32,000 nucleotides of DNA from Candidatus Arthromitus sp. SFB-rat-Yit (GCF_000283555.1 NC_016012.1:1020001-1052000); one strand, 5' to 3'; numbered from the stretch's first letter, positions 7,415 through 17,765 are shown. The notes: generated by a model not told the origin, from the letters alone. Numbers and translations: made by a program.

Positions 7415-8212
7415 TCACGTAACATTCTTAATAAGTTTTTGAACTCCCATGCTATCTATTTCATAATTATCTTTATAAAGAAGTTCAGATAATGTAACAA
7501 ATTCATATCCTTGATCTTTGAATTCTTTCAATATCCTCTCTAAATTCTCTGGTGTATTCTTAGCATTAGTATGAAATAGTGCAATTGATCCAGGTTGAAG
7601 TTTACTTTGAACACGTTTATATTCGATTTCTAAACCTTCCTCTTTCCAATCAATAGAATCAACATCCCATTGAATCGGAATATATCCCAATCCTTTAATT
7701 ATTTCAACGGAATTTTCATTATATTCTCCCTTAGGGAATCTAAATAATTTACTCCTCTTATTTGTAACTTCATAAATCTTACTATCAGTTATTTCAAGTT
7801 CTCTAACTATTCTATCTCTATCTATCTTTGTAAAATCTGGATGAATGTTGCTGTGATTTGCGACCTCGTGCCCTCTATTATTCATTTCCTTTACAAGTCC
7901 AATATTTTCTTCACTGTAATCAATCCATTTTCCAATTAAAAAGAATGATGCTTTTGAATCGTATTTATCTAATATATCTAATATTTGTTTCGTGTAATCT
8001 TTCCCCCAATTCACGTCAAAAGTTATAGCAACCTTCTTTTCCTCCGTATCAACTCTATAGACTGGTAAAGATTTTTGAGTGCTAAATGTAAGTACTGCTG
8101 GATTATTAAAATATACATATGTAACCATCACTGTTAAAAATAGTATAAAAAATATTCCGATAAATGAATTTTTTCCCTTCCTTTTCTTTTCAATTTTAAC
8201 TTTGTTATCCAA
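7415..8212 (-). CDS. Polysaccharide deacetylase (NodB homology, PdaB-like), membrane anchored
   Basis: NodB motifs are present: VAITFDVNWG and HEVANHSNIHPDF. Start taken at TTG 8212, with AGGAGG 6 nt upstream, giving a K-rich N-terminus plus a TM segment. The ORF track extends to 8287. Confidence 0.85.
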   Translation of the reverse strand: MDNKVKIEKKRKGKNSFIGIFFILFLTVMVTYVYFNNPAVLTFSTQKSLPVYRVDTEEKKVAITFDVNWGKDYTKQILDILDKYDSKASFFLIGKWIDYSEENIGLVKEMNNRGHEVANHSNIHPDFTKIDRDRIVRELEITDSKIYEVTNKRSKLFRFPKGEYNENSVEIIKGLGYIPIQWDVDSIDWKEEGLEIEYKRVQSKLQPGSIALFHTNAKNTPENLERILKEFKDQGYEFVTLSELLYKDNYEIDSMGVQKLIKNVT

Positions 8213-8360
8213 TTTCTTCCTCCTAATAATTATTTTCTCTAAAATATATGCTAATTTAGTTTTTAATATTAAAATTTCATAAAACAAAAATATTTTTATT
8301 TGTATTATTTATATTTTAAGATTAGAATAACTATATGTGCTTAGTGAGGTGAATTAATTT

Positions 8361-8882
8361 ATGATGAAAGATATTATAGAGCTGGCAGATAACAAACTCC
8401 TGATTTTATATATAGTAAAAAAATTAAAACACCCTTGCTCAAATAACCATATAACAGACATTATACTTAGTAATAATTTTTTGAATTATTTTTTGCTTCA
8501 ACAGTACTTAATAGAATTGGTTGAAAGCAATTATTTAATCATTATAAATTTTAAAAACAAAGAGCTGTATAAAATTGCCCCTCTTGGAAAAAAAGTACTC
8601 GAAATGTTCCAAAATAGAATATCTCAATTTAAAATTGATTGCTTTAATAATTACATGTCAACGCTTGATAAAAAAAATCAAGTCATTTCATCAAAAGTAA
8701 ATGTTAGAACTGACAACATCGAAATTACATTTTTAAAAAACAATAAAACTATATTAAATTTAAACTTACCTAATCAATCCAAAAATCAAATTCAAATAAT
8801 AACCCAAAACTGTAAAGACAATCCTGACCAAATATACAACTTAATTTTATCCAGCATAACCAACCAAAAAAATGATACTTAG
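8361..8882 (+). CDS. DUF4364 family protein (putative winged-helix regulator)
   Basis: The N-terminus LADNKLLILYIVKKLKHPCSNNHITDIILSNNFLNYFLLQQYLIELVESNYL matches my recollection of the DUF4364 pattern. Confidence 0.6.
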   Translation: MMKDIIELADNKLLILYIVKKLKHPCSNNHITDIILSNNFLNYFLLQQYLIELVESNYLIIINFKNKELYKIAPLGKKVLEMFQNRISQFKIDCFNNYMSTLDKKNQVISSKVNVRTDNIEITFLKNNKTILNLNLPNQSKNQIQIITQNCKDNPDQIYNLILSSITNQKNDT

Positions 8883-8918
8883 TTAAGCTACAAAACTTCG
8901 CTTATTCTAAGTATCATT
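8871..8918. terminator. Bidirectional terminator hairpin between convergent genes
   Basis: AATGATACTT (8871..8880) pairs with AAGTATCATT (8909..8918), with an inner TAAGC/GCTTA stem. A T run follows on the + strand and T7 follows on the - strand. Confidence 0.55.
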
Positions 8919-8920
8919 TT

Positions 8921-9802
8921 TTAACACCCATATATTCTAGATGGATCTTCTCCAATTTCTATAACTTCATTATTATGAGTATACAAATCATATTTTATTA
9001 AGACTTCCTTGTCACTTAATACAACATATAAAAACCTCCCATTTCTATAAACTCCACTAGGATTTCCATTTACATATATCCTCCCAATCTCTTTAAGTTC
9101 TGATAAATCTACTACACTCACACAATTTCCCAAATAGTTTGATACAAAAACACATCTCGATTCATAATCAATAAACATATCAATCGGTGCATTATTAAGC
9201 CTTATACTTTTATAATTTTGACCGCTATCAAAATCATAAATACTGAAATTTCCACTACTATTATCCCCAAATCTACTTTCACAAACAAAGATATATTTGC
9301 TATCTTTATAAAATTTTGAGTTCATTGGAAAACTATAAGTTCTAAATTTTTTTACAATATCATTGAGATTATAATCAATCACATTTATTTGATCACTTTT
9401 GGAACTCGTAACACAAAGCAATTTATGTTTATCATTTATGTCCATACTTTGCGGATAATTTCCACATTCAATTTGATAACATAAATATTTATTTCTCATA
9501 TCGTAAACCACAAGACAATTTGTATCGCTACCTATTAAATACATAGAATCATTTATAATTTTCAAATCATTCGTAAACATTCCAATATTCCAAACTTTAA
9601 TTCTCAATGTATTTACATCAATCTCATAAAAATTGTAACTATTGTTTGTTGCAATATAAACTTTATCATTAAAAAAATCAATACCATGTATGCCTATAAT
9701 TCTACTTTCATTTTCTAAATATATTTTTTGATGCAAATTATCTATTAAGTTAATCTTTGAAATATAATTTGATGATCCATTACAAATATAAAGATCATTC
9801 AT
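8921..9802 (-). CDS. YVTN/YncE-like beta-propeller repeat protein with no signal peptide
   Basis: It contains repeated blades of about 40 aa (e.g. NCVSVVDLSELKEIGRIYVNGNPSGV, NCLVVYDMRNKYLCYQIECGNYPQSM). Start taken at ATG 9802, after AAAGGAAAG. Confidence 0.6.
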   Translation of the reverse strand: MNDLYICNGSSNYISKINLIDNLHQKIYLENESRIIGIHGIDFFNDKVYIATNNSYNFYEIDVNTLRIKVWNIGMFTNDLKIINDSMYLIGSDTNCLVVYDMRNKYLCYQIECGNYPQSMDINDKHKLLCVTSSKSDQINVIDYNLNDIVKKFRTYSFPMNSKFYKDSKYIFVCESRFGDNSSGNFSIYDFDSGQNYKSIRLNNAPIDMFIDYESRCVFVSNYLGNCVSVVDLSELKEIGRIYVNGNPSGVYRNGRFLYVVLSDKEVLIKYDLYTHNNEVIEIGEDPSRIYGC

Positions 9803-9879
9803 AAACTTTCCTTTCAATAATTACTCAATACTTCATGATATTCAAGAAACAATTTATTTCCAAACGTTTTTTAATTGAT

Positions 9880-9912
9880 ACACAAAAAAGGTAAGACTTA
9901 AATGTCTTACCT
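9880..9912 (-). terminator. Terminator overlapping the stop codon of 9907..11352
   Basis: The - strand reads AGGTAAGAC-ATTTTAA-GTCTTACCT followed by TTTTTTGTGT. Confidence 0.6.
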
Positions 9913-11352
9913 TTCATATACAATTTTTGCAATATCTGCTATTACTTTCTCTGCATTGCTCAAATCTTTAGTATAAATCGCCAAAATAAATGGTCTATCT
10001 CCAAAAACAATTCCCATGTCATGATAATTCCCTTGAAATGATCCATACTTGTTTGCAACAATTGCCTCTGGTATATATCTTCCTATTCTAACACCAGTTG
10101 AACTATCTTTTAAATACTGTATGATATTTTTATAATATGGGTTATTATCTTTATTTTCATATAATTTAAATAAAAACTTAGTCATATCATTTGTTGAAAA
10201 AAGGTTGCCTGTCCTATCTAATGGTGCTCCCAGAATCTTTCCATATTCTCTATAAAGACTTGTAACTTCGCTAATTCCACTTATCAACATATTAGCTGCA
10301 ATATTATCTGAATTTAGGAGAGATCTTTTAGATAATTCACTGAATGTCTGTGGAGATAAGTATTCATTTACTACATAATTTTGTAAAATTCCAGAACCAC
10401 TTTCATAGTGTTTTGAATGAATATATTCAACTCTACTATTTAAATCTATTTTACCAGCTTGTACAAGATCGTATAAAACAATATTAAGTGGAACTTTATG
10501 AGTACTTCCCGCTTTAAACAACACATCTCCATTTATACTAAATGATTCTTTTGTTGTAATATCATAAAATGTAACACCAACATTATCAACTCTATCACCC
10601 AAATAAGTTAAAATTTTATTTTTCAGCTTAGAAGATCCCAAGCTATTAATTAAATTTTTCTCAAGTTTAAGTGCCTCTTGTTTTCTTCTTTCAATCTCAT
10701 CAGTATAATCCAAAACTTTTATATCATTTTCCAAAGAATTGTATATACTCAGAGCACTTGTTCTATTTTTCGGTATATTAATATTACCTTCATCAAGTTT
10801 TATATTCATAAGAGATACCCTTATAGCAAATTCATCACTAAAAATCAATTTATTCATTACATCACTAATAACTTTTGGGGAATCATTTATATTCCATCTT
10901 AAAGTAAGAATTTCATTATCCTTATATGTTAAAGGGTACTCATCTTTGTAATAGTATAAAATTCTTTGATCTATATAGTTTGACCAATATTGTTTCCCCT
11001 GCTTGTCCGTATCCCTTCCAAATATAAATCTATAAATCTTACTTATAAACTCTTCCTTAAGTTTAACTGACTCTAAAAACTCATTAGATTCTAAAACAAA
11101 CTTCTCTATAAAAGTTTTTGCAGATGACATACCCTTACTAAGCATATTGTACCAATAGGTAAAACCATCTAAATCAGCCTCACGTCCATAAAAAATGTTA
11201 TAAGCTGAACCAATAAAATTTCCTAATAGCTTGTCTGACGTTTGAGTTACAACCATATTCGTCTTAGAAGATACTTCTGTAACTTTATACAAAAAAGAAC
11301 ATATTATTAAAATTAAAAACAACGCTGAAAAACATTTGGAAATTCTTTTCAT
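9907..11352 (-). CDS. Exported class-A beta-lactamase-like serine hydrolase with an N-terminal tandem DUF4214 pair
   Basis: Signal peptide MKRISKCFSALFLILIICSF. Two DUF4214-type units are present (YGREADLDGFTYWYNML and FGRDTDKQGKQYWSNYI). The catalytic motifs are S-T-H-K (SxxK), S-D-N and K-Y-G (a KTG-like motif). Confidence 0.8.
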   Translation of the reverse strand: MKRISKCFSALFLILIICSFLYKVTEVSSKTNMVVTQTSDKLLGNFIGSAYNIFYGREADLDGFTYWYNMLSKGMSSAKTFIEKFVLESNEFLESVKLKEEFISKIYRFIFGRDTDKQGKQYWSNYIDQRILYYYKDEYPLTYKDNEILTLRWNINDSPKVISDVMNKLIFSDEFAIRVSLMNIKLDEGNINIPKNRTSALSIYNSLENDIKVLDYTDEIERRKQEALKLEKNLINSLGSSKLKNKILTYLGDRVDNVGVTFYDITTKESFSINGDVLFKAGSTHKVPLNIVLYDLVQAGKIDLNSRVEYIHSKHYESGSGILQNYVVNEYLSPQTFSELSKRSLLNSDNIAANMLISGISEVTSLYREYGKILGAPLDRTGNLFSTNDMTKFLFKLYENKDNNPYYKNIIQYLKDSSTGVRIGRYIPEAIVANKYGSFQGNYHDMGIVFGDRPFILAIYTKDLSNAEKVIADIAKIVYER

Positions 11353-11399
11353 TATTCTCTCCTTATTTTTTAACTATTATATATAAATATATAGTTATA

Positions 11400-11440
11400 T
11401 ATAAAGTAAATCTTCCTCGAATTTTATATTCAAGGAAGAT
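11400..11440 (-). terminator. Probable valS terminator
   Basis: An 8-bp stem ATCTTCCT/AGGAAGAT (11410..11417 with 11433..11440) has a 15-nt loop and a T-rich tail on the - strand. Confidence 0.45.
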
Positions 11441-11486
11441 TATTTGCATATAAAATAAAATTTATTCAAATATAACTTTATTTCAA

Positions 11487-14144
11487 TTAAGAATTATATT
11501 TAAAATTATCAATACTTTTATTTACTTCATCAAGCATAGATTCATATTTTTTAAGTTTATCTTTCTCTTCCTCTATAACTTTTTCTGGGGCTTTACTCAC
11601 AAACCCTTCATTTGATAATTTTTTATTCAAACGCTCAATCTCTTTATCCAATTTATCTTTCTCCTTAGATAAACGTTCAATCTCCTTATTAATATCAACC
11701 AAATCTAATAAAGGAATATACATATTTGCCGATGATGAAACAACCGTTACTACTTTATTAGAACTCACAAGCTCCTCATTAATTTTTGAAACAATTTCTA
11801 TATCTTTTGATAAACCTAATTTTTCTATATAAATCAGAGATTCTTCATAAATATTTTTAAGATTACCTTTAGGCACAATGTAAAGTTTAGCTTTCCTTGA
11901 AGGAGGTATATTCATTTGTGACCTTAAATTTCTTATAGCTCTAATTGATTCTATAACATAATTCATGTTATCCTCAAATTCGCTAAAATTTAAATCTTGA
12001 TCAAATACTGGGAAATCAGAAGTAGTTATAAATTCTTTCTCAGAATCTTTTAAATTTGTATATAATTTCTCAGTTATGAATGGCATCACTGGATGCAATA
12101 ATTTGAGTGAATCTACCAAAACTCTCTTTAACACTCTTAATGTAACACCTTTTTGCTTATCACTGTCACCATACAAAACAGGTTTTGATAACTCTATATA
12201 CCAATCACAAAATTCCGTCCATATAAAATCATAAATTTTGGATAATCCAATTCCAAGTTCAAATTTTTCAAAATTATTTGTAACTTCAAAGATTAACGTA
12301 TTTAATTTATTTAAAATCCATTTATCAGCTAAACTATAATCATTACAATCTTTATATTTTTCAATCAATTCATCATCTAAATTCATCATAACGAACTTAG
12401 ATGCGTTCCATATCTTATTTGCAAAGTTAGATGCCGATTCAACTTTTTCTTCAATATATCTAATATCATTCCCCGGTGAAATTCCATTTATGAGCATAAA
12501 CCTCAACGCATCTGCTCCATATTTACTAATAACATCTATAGGATCGACACCATTATCAAGAGATTTTGACATTTTTCTTCCCTGAGAATCTCTTATAATC
12601 CCATGGATAAATACCTTTTTAAAAGGAACTTTGCTCATATTATGTAATCCTGAGAAAATCATTCTAGCAACCCAGAAAAATATAATATCATATCCTGTTA
12701 CTAAAGTTTCATTCGGGTAAAAATATTTAAGATCTTCCGTATCATTTGGCCATCCCAAGATCGAAAACGGCCATAACGCTGAACTAAACCAAGTATCTAA
12801 TACATCTTCATCTTGATAAATTTCTGTCGATGAACATTTATCACACTTCTTTAATTCGTCAGTAGAAACCATAACATTCTCACAATCTTTACAATAAAAA
12901 ACTGGAATTCTATGTCCCCACCAAAGCTGTCTAGAAATACACCAATCCTTAATATTTTCCATCCAATTAAAATAAATCTTTTCAAATCTATCTGGTATGA
13001 ACGAAATCTCTTTATTCTTAACACACTCTATTGCAGGCTTTGCTAGTTCTTCCATCTTAAGATACCATTGAGTAGAAATAATTGGTTCAATAATCGTACC
13101 ACATCTATCATGACAACTCACATTGTGATCATGATCCTTTATAGATAATAACAATCCTCTTTCTCGTAAATCTTCAACTATCCTTTCACGAGCATCATAT
13201 CTATAAAGCCCCTCATACTCAAAACCATTTTCATTTATACAAGCCTTATCATTCAACACTTTAATTTGTGGTAGATTATGTCTTAAACCAACTTCATAGT
13301 CATTTGGATCGTGTGCTGGAGTTACCTTAACAACTCCTGTACCAAATTCCATATCTACGTATGAATCTGCTATAACAGGTATTTTCCTACCAACAAGAGG
13401 TAGAATAACATTCATTCCTATATATTTTTTATATCTCTCGTCTTCTGGATGAACCATAACAGCAACGTCACCAAGAAGAGTTTCTGGTCTAGTTGTAGCA
13501 ATCTCTAAATATCCTTCCCCATTCTCTAACAGATATTTAATGTGCCAAAACTTGCCTTTCATTTCTTTATACTCAATTTCAGCATCTGAAAGAGCCGTAG
13601 TACATTTTGGACACCAGTTTGTAATTCTATTTCCTTGATATATGTAACCCTGATTATATAATTTTACAAAAACTTCTCTAACAGCTCTACTAAGATTATC
13701 ATCCATAGTAAATGCTTCTCTTGAAAAATCACACGATGTTCCAAGCATTTCAATTTGACTACGTATTTTTGATCTATATGTATCTGTCCATTCCCAAACT
13801 TTTTCAAGAAACTTTTCGCGTCCCAATTCATTCTTTTTTATTCCACTTTTTAAAAGCTCATTATCAACCCTTACTTCAGTTGCAATACTAGCATGATCTT
13901 CTCCCGGAATCCACAAAGCTTCAAAACCTTGCATTCTTTTAAAACGTATTAAGATATCTTGTAATGTCAAATCCAAAGCATGCCCTAAATGTAATTTCCC
14001 TGTTATATTTGGAGGAGGCATTGATATAACATAAGGTCTTTTATCTTCATTAACTCTAGCTCTAAATAGATCATTTTCCTGCCAGGCATTGAAAATGTCT
14101 TTCTCAAATTCTATAGGACTATACTTACCTAACTCTTCTCTCAT
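11487..14144 (-). CDS. valS: Valine--tRNA ligase
   Basis: 885 aa. It has the HIGH-type motif PPPNITGKLHLGHA, KMSKS (GRKMSKSLDNG), an editing domain and a C-terminal coiled coil. Confidence 0.97.
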   Translation of the reverse strand: MREELGKYSPIEFEKDIFNAWQENDLFRARVNEDKRPYVISMPPPNITGKLHLGHALDLTLQDILIRFKRMQGFEALWIPGEDHASIATEVRVDNELLKSGIKKNELGREKFLEKVWEWTDTYRSKIRSQIEMLGTSCDFSREAFTMDDNLSRAVREVFVKLYNQGYIYQGNRITNWCPKCTTALSDAEIEYKEMKGKFWHIKYLLENGEGYLEIATTRPETLLGDVAVMVHPEDERYKKYIGMNVILPLVGRKIPVIADSYVDMEFGTGVVKVTPAHDPNDYEVGLRHNLPQIKVLNDKACINENGFEYEGLYRYDARERIVEDLRERGLLLSIKDHDHNVSCHDRCGTIIEPIISTQWYLKMEELAKPAIECVKNKEISFIPDRFEKIYFNWMENIKDWCISRQLWWGHRIPVFYCKDCENVMVSTDELKKCDKCSSTEIYQDEDVLDTWFSSALWPFSILGWPNDTEDLKYFYPNETLVTGYDIIFFWVARMIFSGLHNMSKVPFKKVFIHGIIRDSQGRKMSKSLDNGVDPIDVISKYGADALRFMLINGISPGNDIRYIEEKVESASNFANKIWNASKFVMMNLDDELIEKYKDCNDYSLADKWILNKLNTLIFEVTNNFEKFELGIGLSKIYDFIWTEFCDWYIELSKPVLYGDSDKQKGVTLRVLKRVLVDSLKLLHPVMPFITEKLYTNLKDSEKEFITTSDFPVFDQDLNFSEFEDNMNYVIESIRAIRNLRSQMNIPPSRKAKLYIVPKGNLKNIYEESLIYIEKLGLSKDIEIVSKINEELVSSNKVVTVVSSSANMYIPLLDLVDINKEIERLSKEKDKLDKEIERLNKKLSNEGFVSKAPEKVIEEEKDKLKKYESMLDEVNKSIDNFKYNS

Positions 14145-14201
14145 TTAACCCTCCGTAAACTTTACAATTATCTACTAAATTTTTTCTTTTATATTATCAA
14201 T

Positions 14202-14229
14202 ATTTTATCACATCGTATACTATTGTCAA
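14202..14229 (-). promoter_or_regulatory. valS sigma-A promoter
   Basis: The - strand reads TTGACA (14229..14224), a 16-nt spacer ending in TGA, then TAAAAT (14207..14202), which makes an extended -10. The leader to the ATG is only about 50 nt. Confidence 0.6.
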
Positions 14230-14307
14230 AAATATTTATATATCAAACTGTATAATCAAGGTAATTTTTGGAATAATATTACTAAGTTTAACAAGAGGTG
14301 ATTAATT

Positions 14308-14670
14308 TTGGATTTTTACTTTAAAAAGGCGAATGATTATTACAATAAAAAAGATTATAAGAAGGCTCTTTCATTATATAAAAAATCTATCGAAAATCAA
14401 GTAGGTGAAGCATGTTCGCTTTACAATGCTGCTGTTTGTCACATAAAACTAAAGGAATATAATGAAGCAATCGATTTATTAAAACAAGCTCTTGAAATAA
14501 AACTTGATCATAAATATTTATTTAATTTAGCTTATTGCTACTCTCTGCTTGGTGATAATGCTAAAGCTCTTACATATTTTAATTGGTCATGGGCTATTAA
14601 TAACGATGACTACGAATGCAAGAAGGCAATTTCTATGATACTAGATTCATTTAATAAAACAAAAAAGTAA
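14308..14670 (+). CDS. Small TPR-repeat protein
   Basis: 120 aa with three TPR-like units (YYNKKDYKKALSLYKKSIE...). TTG start with AGAGGTG 7 nt upstream. Confidence 0.75.
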   Translation: MDFYFKKANDYYNKKDYKKALSLYKKSIENQVGEACSLYNAAVCHIKLKEYNEAIDLLKQALEIKLDHKYLFNLAYCYSLLGDNAKALTYFNWSWAINNDDYECKKAISMILDSFNKTKK

Positions 14671-14681
14671 CAAAATAAAAA

Positions 14682-14713
14682 GGGTAGTCTTAATCCCCCA
14701 ATTAAAACTACCC
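14682..14713 (-). terminator. Possible terminator of the transglutaminase-like gene
   Basis: GGGTAGT/ACTACCC forms a 7-bp stem with a long 18-nt loop. TTTTATTTTG follows on the - strand. Confidence 0.4.
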
Positions 14714-14727
14714 TCATTAATTATATT

Positions 14728-15858
14728 TTAAACTGAAAATTCCCATATGACTCTTTCCCTTATGTGGTCTTGTTCAAAATTGTTAATATCAAAATAATTA
14801 CCCGTTTCTCCGAATGTAGTATCAACTTTGATCCAAACATTAGATTCTTCAATATAAACTTCATTCCAAGCATGATTTATCCAACTATTTCCATCATATC
14901 CTTTCCCAACAACAATACGAGTTGGTAACTGTATACTTTCAGCAAGTACTGAATAAAGACTCGCATAATCAAAACAAATTCCCCGTTTGCTTTCAAATGC
15001 AGAAATAGCTCCAGATAAATTGCTAAAATCTTCATTTAATATATCATTTGATTTTTTTTCATCATATTCAAGCATATTTACAACATCATCATATAATTTT
15101 TTTGCTTTATCATATGATGTGCTTAATCCTTTCGTACTTTGTATAGCAAATTCTACAATTTCATCAGTACTCTTTGTAGCCTCATCTATTGTAACTCCAT
15201 TATACAAATACTTTACGTTATTCGTTTTAATATCTTCAAATGTTTCTAGAATAGGACTAAAAATATTAAGCATGATCTCATTCAAATCATATTTAAATGG
15301 AGCTATAATCCTACTAGATATGTTTTTATACAAATTAGATGAATTCATAATTTGATTAATCCTATTATTGTCTGTTAAAAACACAGAAAATGTATCAAGA
15401 GCGAAAATAAAAATCAATACAACAAGGATTGCCTTAGGAGCTTTTATAATTCCAAATATTATATTTTTAAATATATTTGGAAGTTGAAATAAAAACTTAT
15501 GAGACTTAATTACCATGTTTTTAAACAATAAAATATGAATACACCTACACATTAAATTGCAAATAATAAATGCTAAAACAAATAACACTATCTTCAATAT
15601 AAATCCAATCAATGTATTATCCACATGATTGATATTAAGAGATTTTAAAATTAAATAATATAACTCGTAAGCAATAAAATCATAAGATAAATAAACAAGA
15701 TAAAGTGAAATAATATTTATATAAAATCTTATATCATGAAAAATATATTGTAACTTATTATACTTAATAATCCCTCTAAATATAGTAAATGTAAACAATA
15801 CCACAATGAAGACAGAAATAATACCATTGTTCAAGATATCTATCAATAAATTAAACAA
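14728..15858 (-). CDS. Polytopic membrane protein with a C-terminal transglutaminase-like cysteine protease domain
   Basis: The N-terminal half is hydrophobic, with several TM segments. The C-terminal core GICFDYASLYSVLAESIQLPTRIVVG...NHAWNEVYI...VDTT carries a Cys-His-Asp triad pattern. TTG start after AAAGGGGA. Confidence 0.8.
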   Translation of the reverse strand: MFNLLIDILNNGIISVFIVVLFTFTIFRGIIKYNKLQYIFHDIRFYINIISLYLVYLSYDFIAYELYYLILKSLNINHVDNTLIGFILKIVLFVLAFIICNLMCRCIHILLFKNMVIKSHKFLFQLPNIFKNIIFGIIKAPKAILVVLIFIFALDTFSVFLTDNNRINQIMNSSNLYKNISSRIIAPFKYDLNEIMLNIFSPILETFEDIKTNNVKYLYNGVTIDEATKSTDEIVEFAIQSTKGLSTSYDKAKKLYDDVVNMLEYDEKKSNDILNEDFSNLSGAISAFESKRGICFDYASLYSVLAESIQLPTRIVVGKGYDGNSWINHAWNEVYIEESNVWIKVDTTFGETGNYFDINNFEQDHIRERVIWEFSV

Positions 15859-15902
15859 TCCGTAATCCCCTTTAAAATAGATATCTGATATAACAAAATT
15901 AT

Positions 15903-16367
15903 TTAATTTCTTGAATAAACCTGATCTAATATTTTTGTTGCTAAGTCGTAATCATATCCTTTTCCAATTAAGTGACAAAAAAGCTTGTGTCTAATTTTAA
16001 ATCCTTCAAACTTATCTTTAATAGCATCGTACTTCTTTTTACATATTTTAACGCCTATCTCTATCTTTTGTTCATCAGATATTTTTGAAAATTCCGCTTT
16101 TAAAAATTCACTATCTAATCCTTTCAGGATTAAATCAAAGAATATTTTCTTTTCCCCGTACTTTAACAAGTTTTTATTTATGTAATTTCTGGCATATCTG
16201 CAATCATTTATAAAGTTATACTCTAATAAATATTTGATCACATTATCTGCCACATTTGGATCAACACATTTATCCAAAAGATATTTTTTCATTTCCTTTT
16301 GCGTTTTATCATACCGATTCAATAACTTTAATGCTAAATTTTTCGCGATTATAAATTCTCTACTCAT
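15903..16367 (-). CDS. recX: RecA regulator RecX
   Basis: 154 aa. It shows the three-fold helical repeat pattern typical of RecX (ALKLLNRYDKTQKEMKKYLLDK...VIKYLLEYNFINDCRYARNYI). Confidence 0.7.
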   Translation of the reverse strand: MSREFIIAKNLALKLLNRYDKTQKEMKKYLLDKCVDPNVADNVIKYLLEYNFINDCRYARNYINKNLLKYGEKKIFFDLILKGLDSEFLKAEFSKISDEQKIEIGVKICKKKYDAIKDKFEGFKIRHKLFCHLIGKGYDYDLATKILDQVYSRN

Positions 16368-16369
16368 AA

Positions 16370-17611
16370 CTATTTCCCTTTGAGAATATGAACTGTTGGA
16401 TTATTAAGATGTTTTTTACAAACTTCCATTATTTGTTCTTTATTAACACTTTCTATTTTTTTTAAATCTTCTATATATGATTCGATATTTTTACCATAAA
16501 TAAGTTTTTCTATCAAATACAATCCAAGCTTCCTATTATCTTCAAAAATTGAATATATAGCTATTAATTGTAGTTTTTTCATAAGATTCAAGTTATAACA
16601 ATCAAAATTATAACTACAATTTTTTATTTCCAATATAGATTCGTCTATAATCTTCTTAGCTCTATCTACATTTTCTTTGCTAGTCGTACAAAAAATATAC
16701 ATACCTTGAAATTCATCGCTAATTTCTAATTGTGTATAAATATCATAAGCTAACCCTTCTTCATCTCTTACCTTCTTAAATAATATAGAATTCGAGCTTC
16801 CACCAAGTTTATACTCTGCTAATTTTAAAAGTATTTTCTCGCTTTGTTTTAAATCTTTAAACATAAACAAATATGTAATAGTACTTACTTCTAAATCGCT
16901 CTTTTCAGTAACTATAGTCTTTGGAATATTTACCTCTTCAATTAGTTCTCTATGTGAAATATGTTTTCTTTGCCAGGAGTTAAAATATTTTTTAAATAAA
17001 CTAATTATGTAATCTTCACTGTATGAACTAATAATAACTGCATACGCATTATTAGGAACATAATATTTATTGTGGAATTCTATCAAATCGCAACTAGTTA
17101 CATTTTTCAATAATTCTCTATTTCCTGCTACGTCATACTTTATATGAGATTTTTCAAAAGCTTGCTCATTTAGCTTTGAAAAACTAAATTCCTCATAGTT
17201 TGCATAGCACGAATCTAACTCTGAAATTATTATATCTCTCTCAATATCAAGCTCTTCACTATCAAATTTAGGAGCTATAACCATAGATGAAATTAGTTCT
17301 ATGCATTTCTCCAAATCATCATCCAATCCATTCACAGATAAAACGGTTGAACCATAATCAGTAAATGCATCATAATCTCCTCCTAAAAATTCAATAATGT
17401 TATTTACCTCGTAATCCTTAAATTTATTATTTGATCTGAATAACATATGTTCAACAAAGTGACTGAATCCTCTCTCGTTATCCGTTTCATATGCACTTCC
17501 AATTTTAATTCCAAGATTAAAATTAAAAAATTTACACTGCCTATTTAAAACGAGGATCTTAAATCCATTTTCTAAAATAAATTCTTTAAATTTAATTTTT
17601 AAACTTTCCAT
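16370..17611 (-). CDS. M16 (pitrilysin/insulinase) family zinc peptidase
   Basis: The inverted zinc motif HxxEH is present in GFSHFVEHMLF. Start taken at ATG 17611 after AGGAGA; the ORF track extends to 17641. Confidence 0.85.
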   Translation of the reverse strand: MESLKIKFKEFILENGFKILVLNRQCKFFNFNLGIKIGSAYETDNERGFSHFVEHMLFRSNNKFKDYEVNNIIEFLGGDYDAFTDYGSTVLSVNGLDDDLEKCIELISSMVIAPKFDSEELDIERDIIISELDSCYANYEEFSFSKLNEQAFEKSHIKYDVAGNRELLKNVTSCDLIEFHNKYYVPNNAYAVIISSYSEDYIISLFKKYFNSWQRKHISHRELIEEVNIPKTIVTEKSDLEVSTITYLFMFKDLKQSEKILLKLAEYKLGGSSNSILFKKVRDEEGLAYDIYTQLEISDEFQGMYIFCTTSKENVDRAKKIIDESILEIKNCSYNFDCYNLNLMKKLQLIAIYSIFEDNRKLGLYLIEKLIYGKNIESYIEDLKKIESVNKEQIMEVCKKHLNNPTVHILKGK

Positions 17612-17722
17612 ACTTTCTCCTAACATTAGATAATAATACAATGTTTTGTAAAATTTTTCCAGTTTATGGGAAATAAATTTATAACTTTTTAATATATAAA
17701 TTTTTATTTAACTTTTATGATA

Positions 17723-17758
17723 CAAAAAAACTATGATTTAAACTTAATTAAATCATAG
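17723..17758 (-). terminator. Rho-independent terminator of 17766..18851
   Basis: An 11-bp stem CTATGATTTAA/TTAAATCATAG has a 6-nt loop, followed by T7 on the - strand. Confidence 0.7.
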
Positions 17759-17765
17759 CCATATT

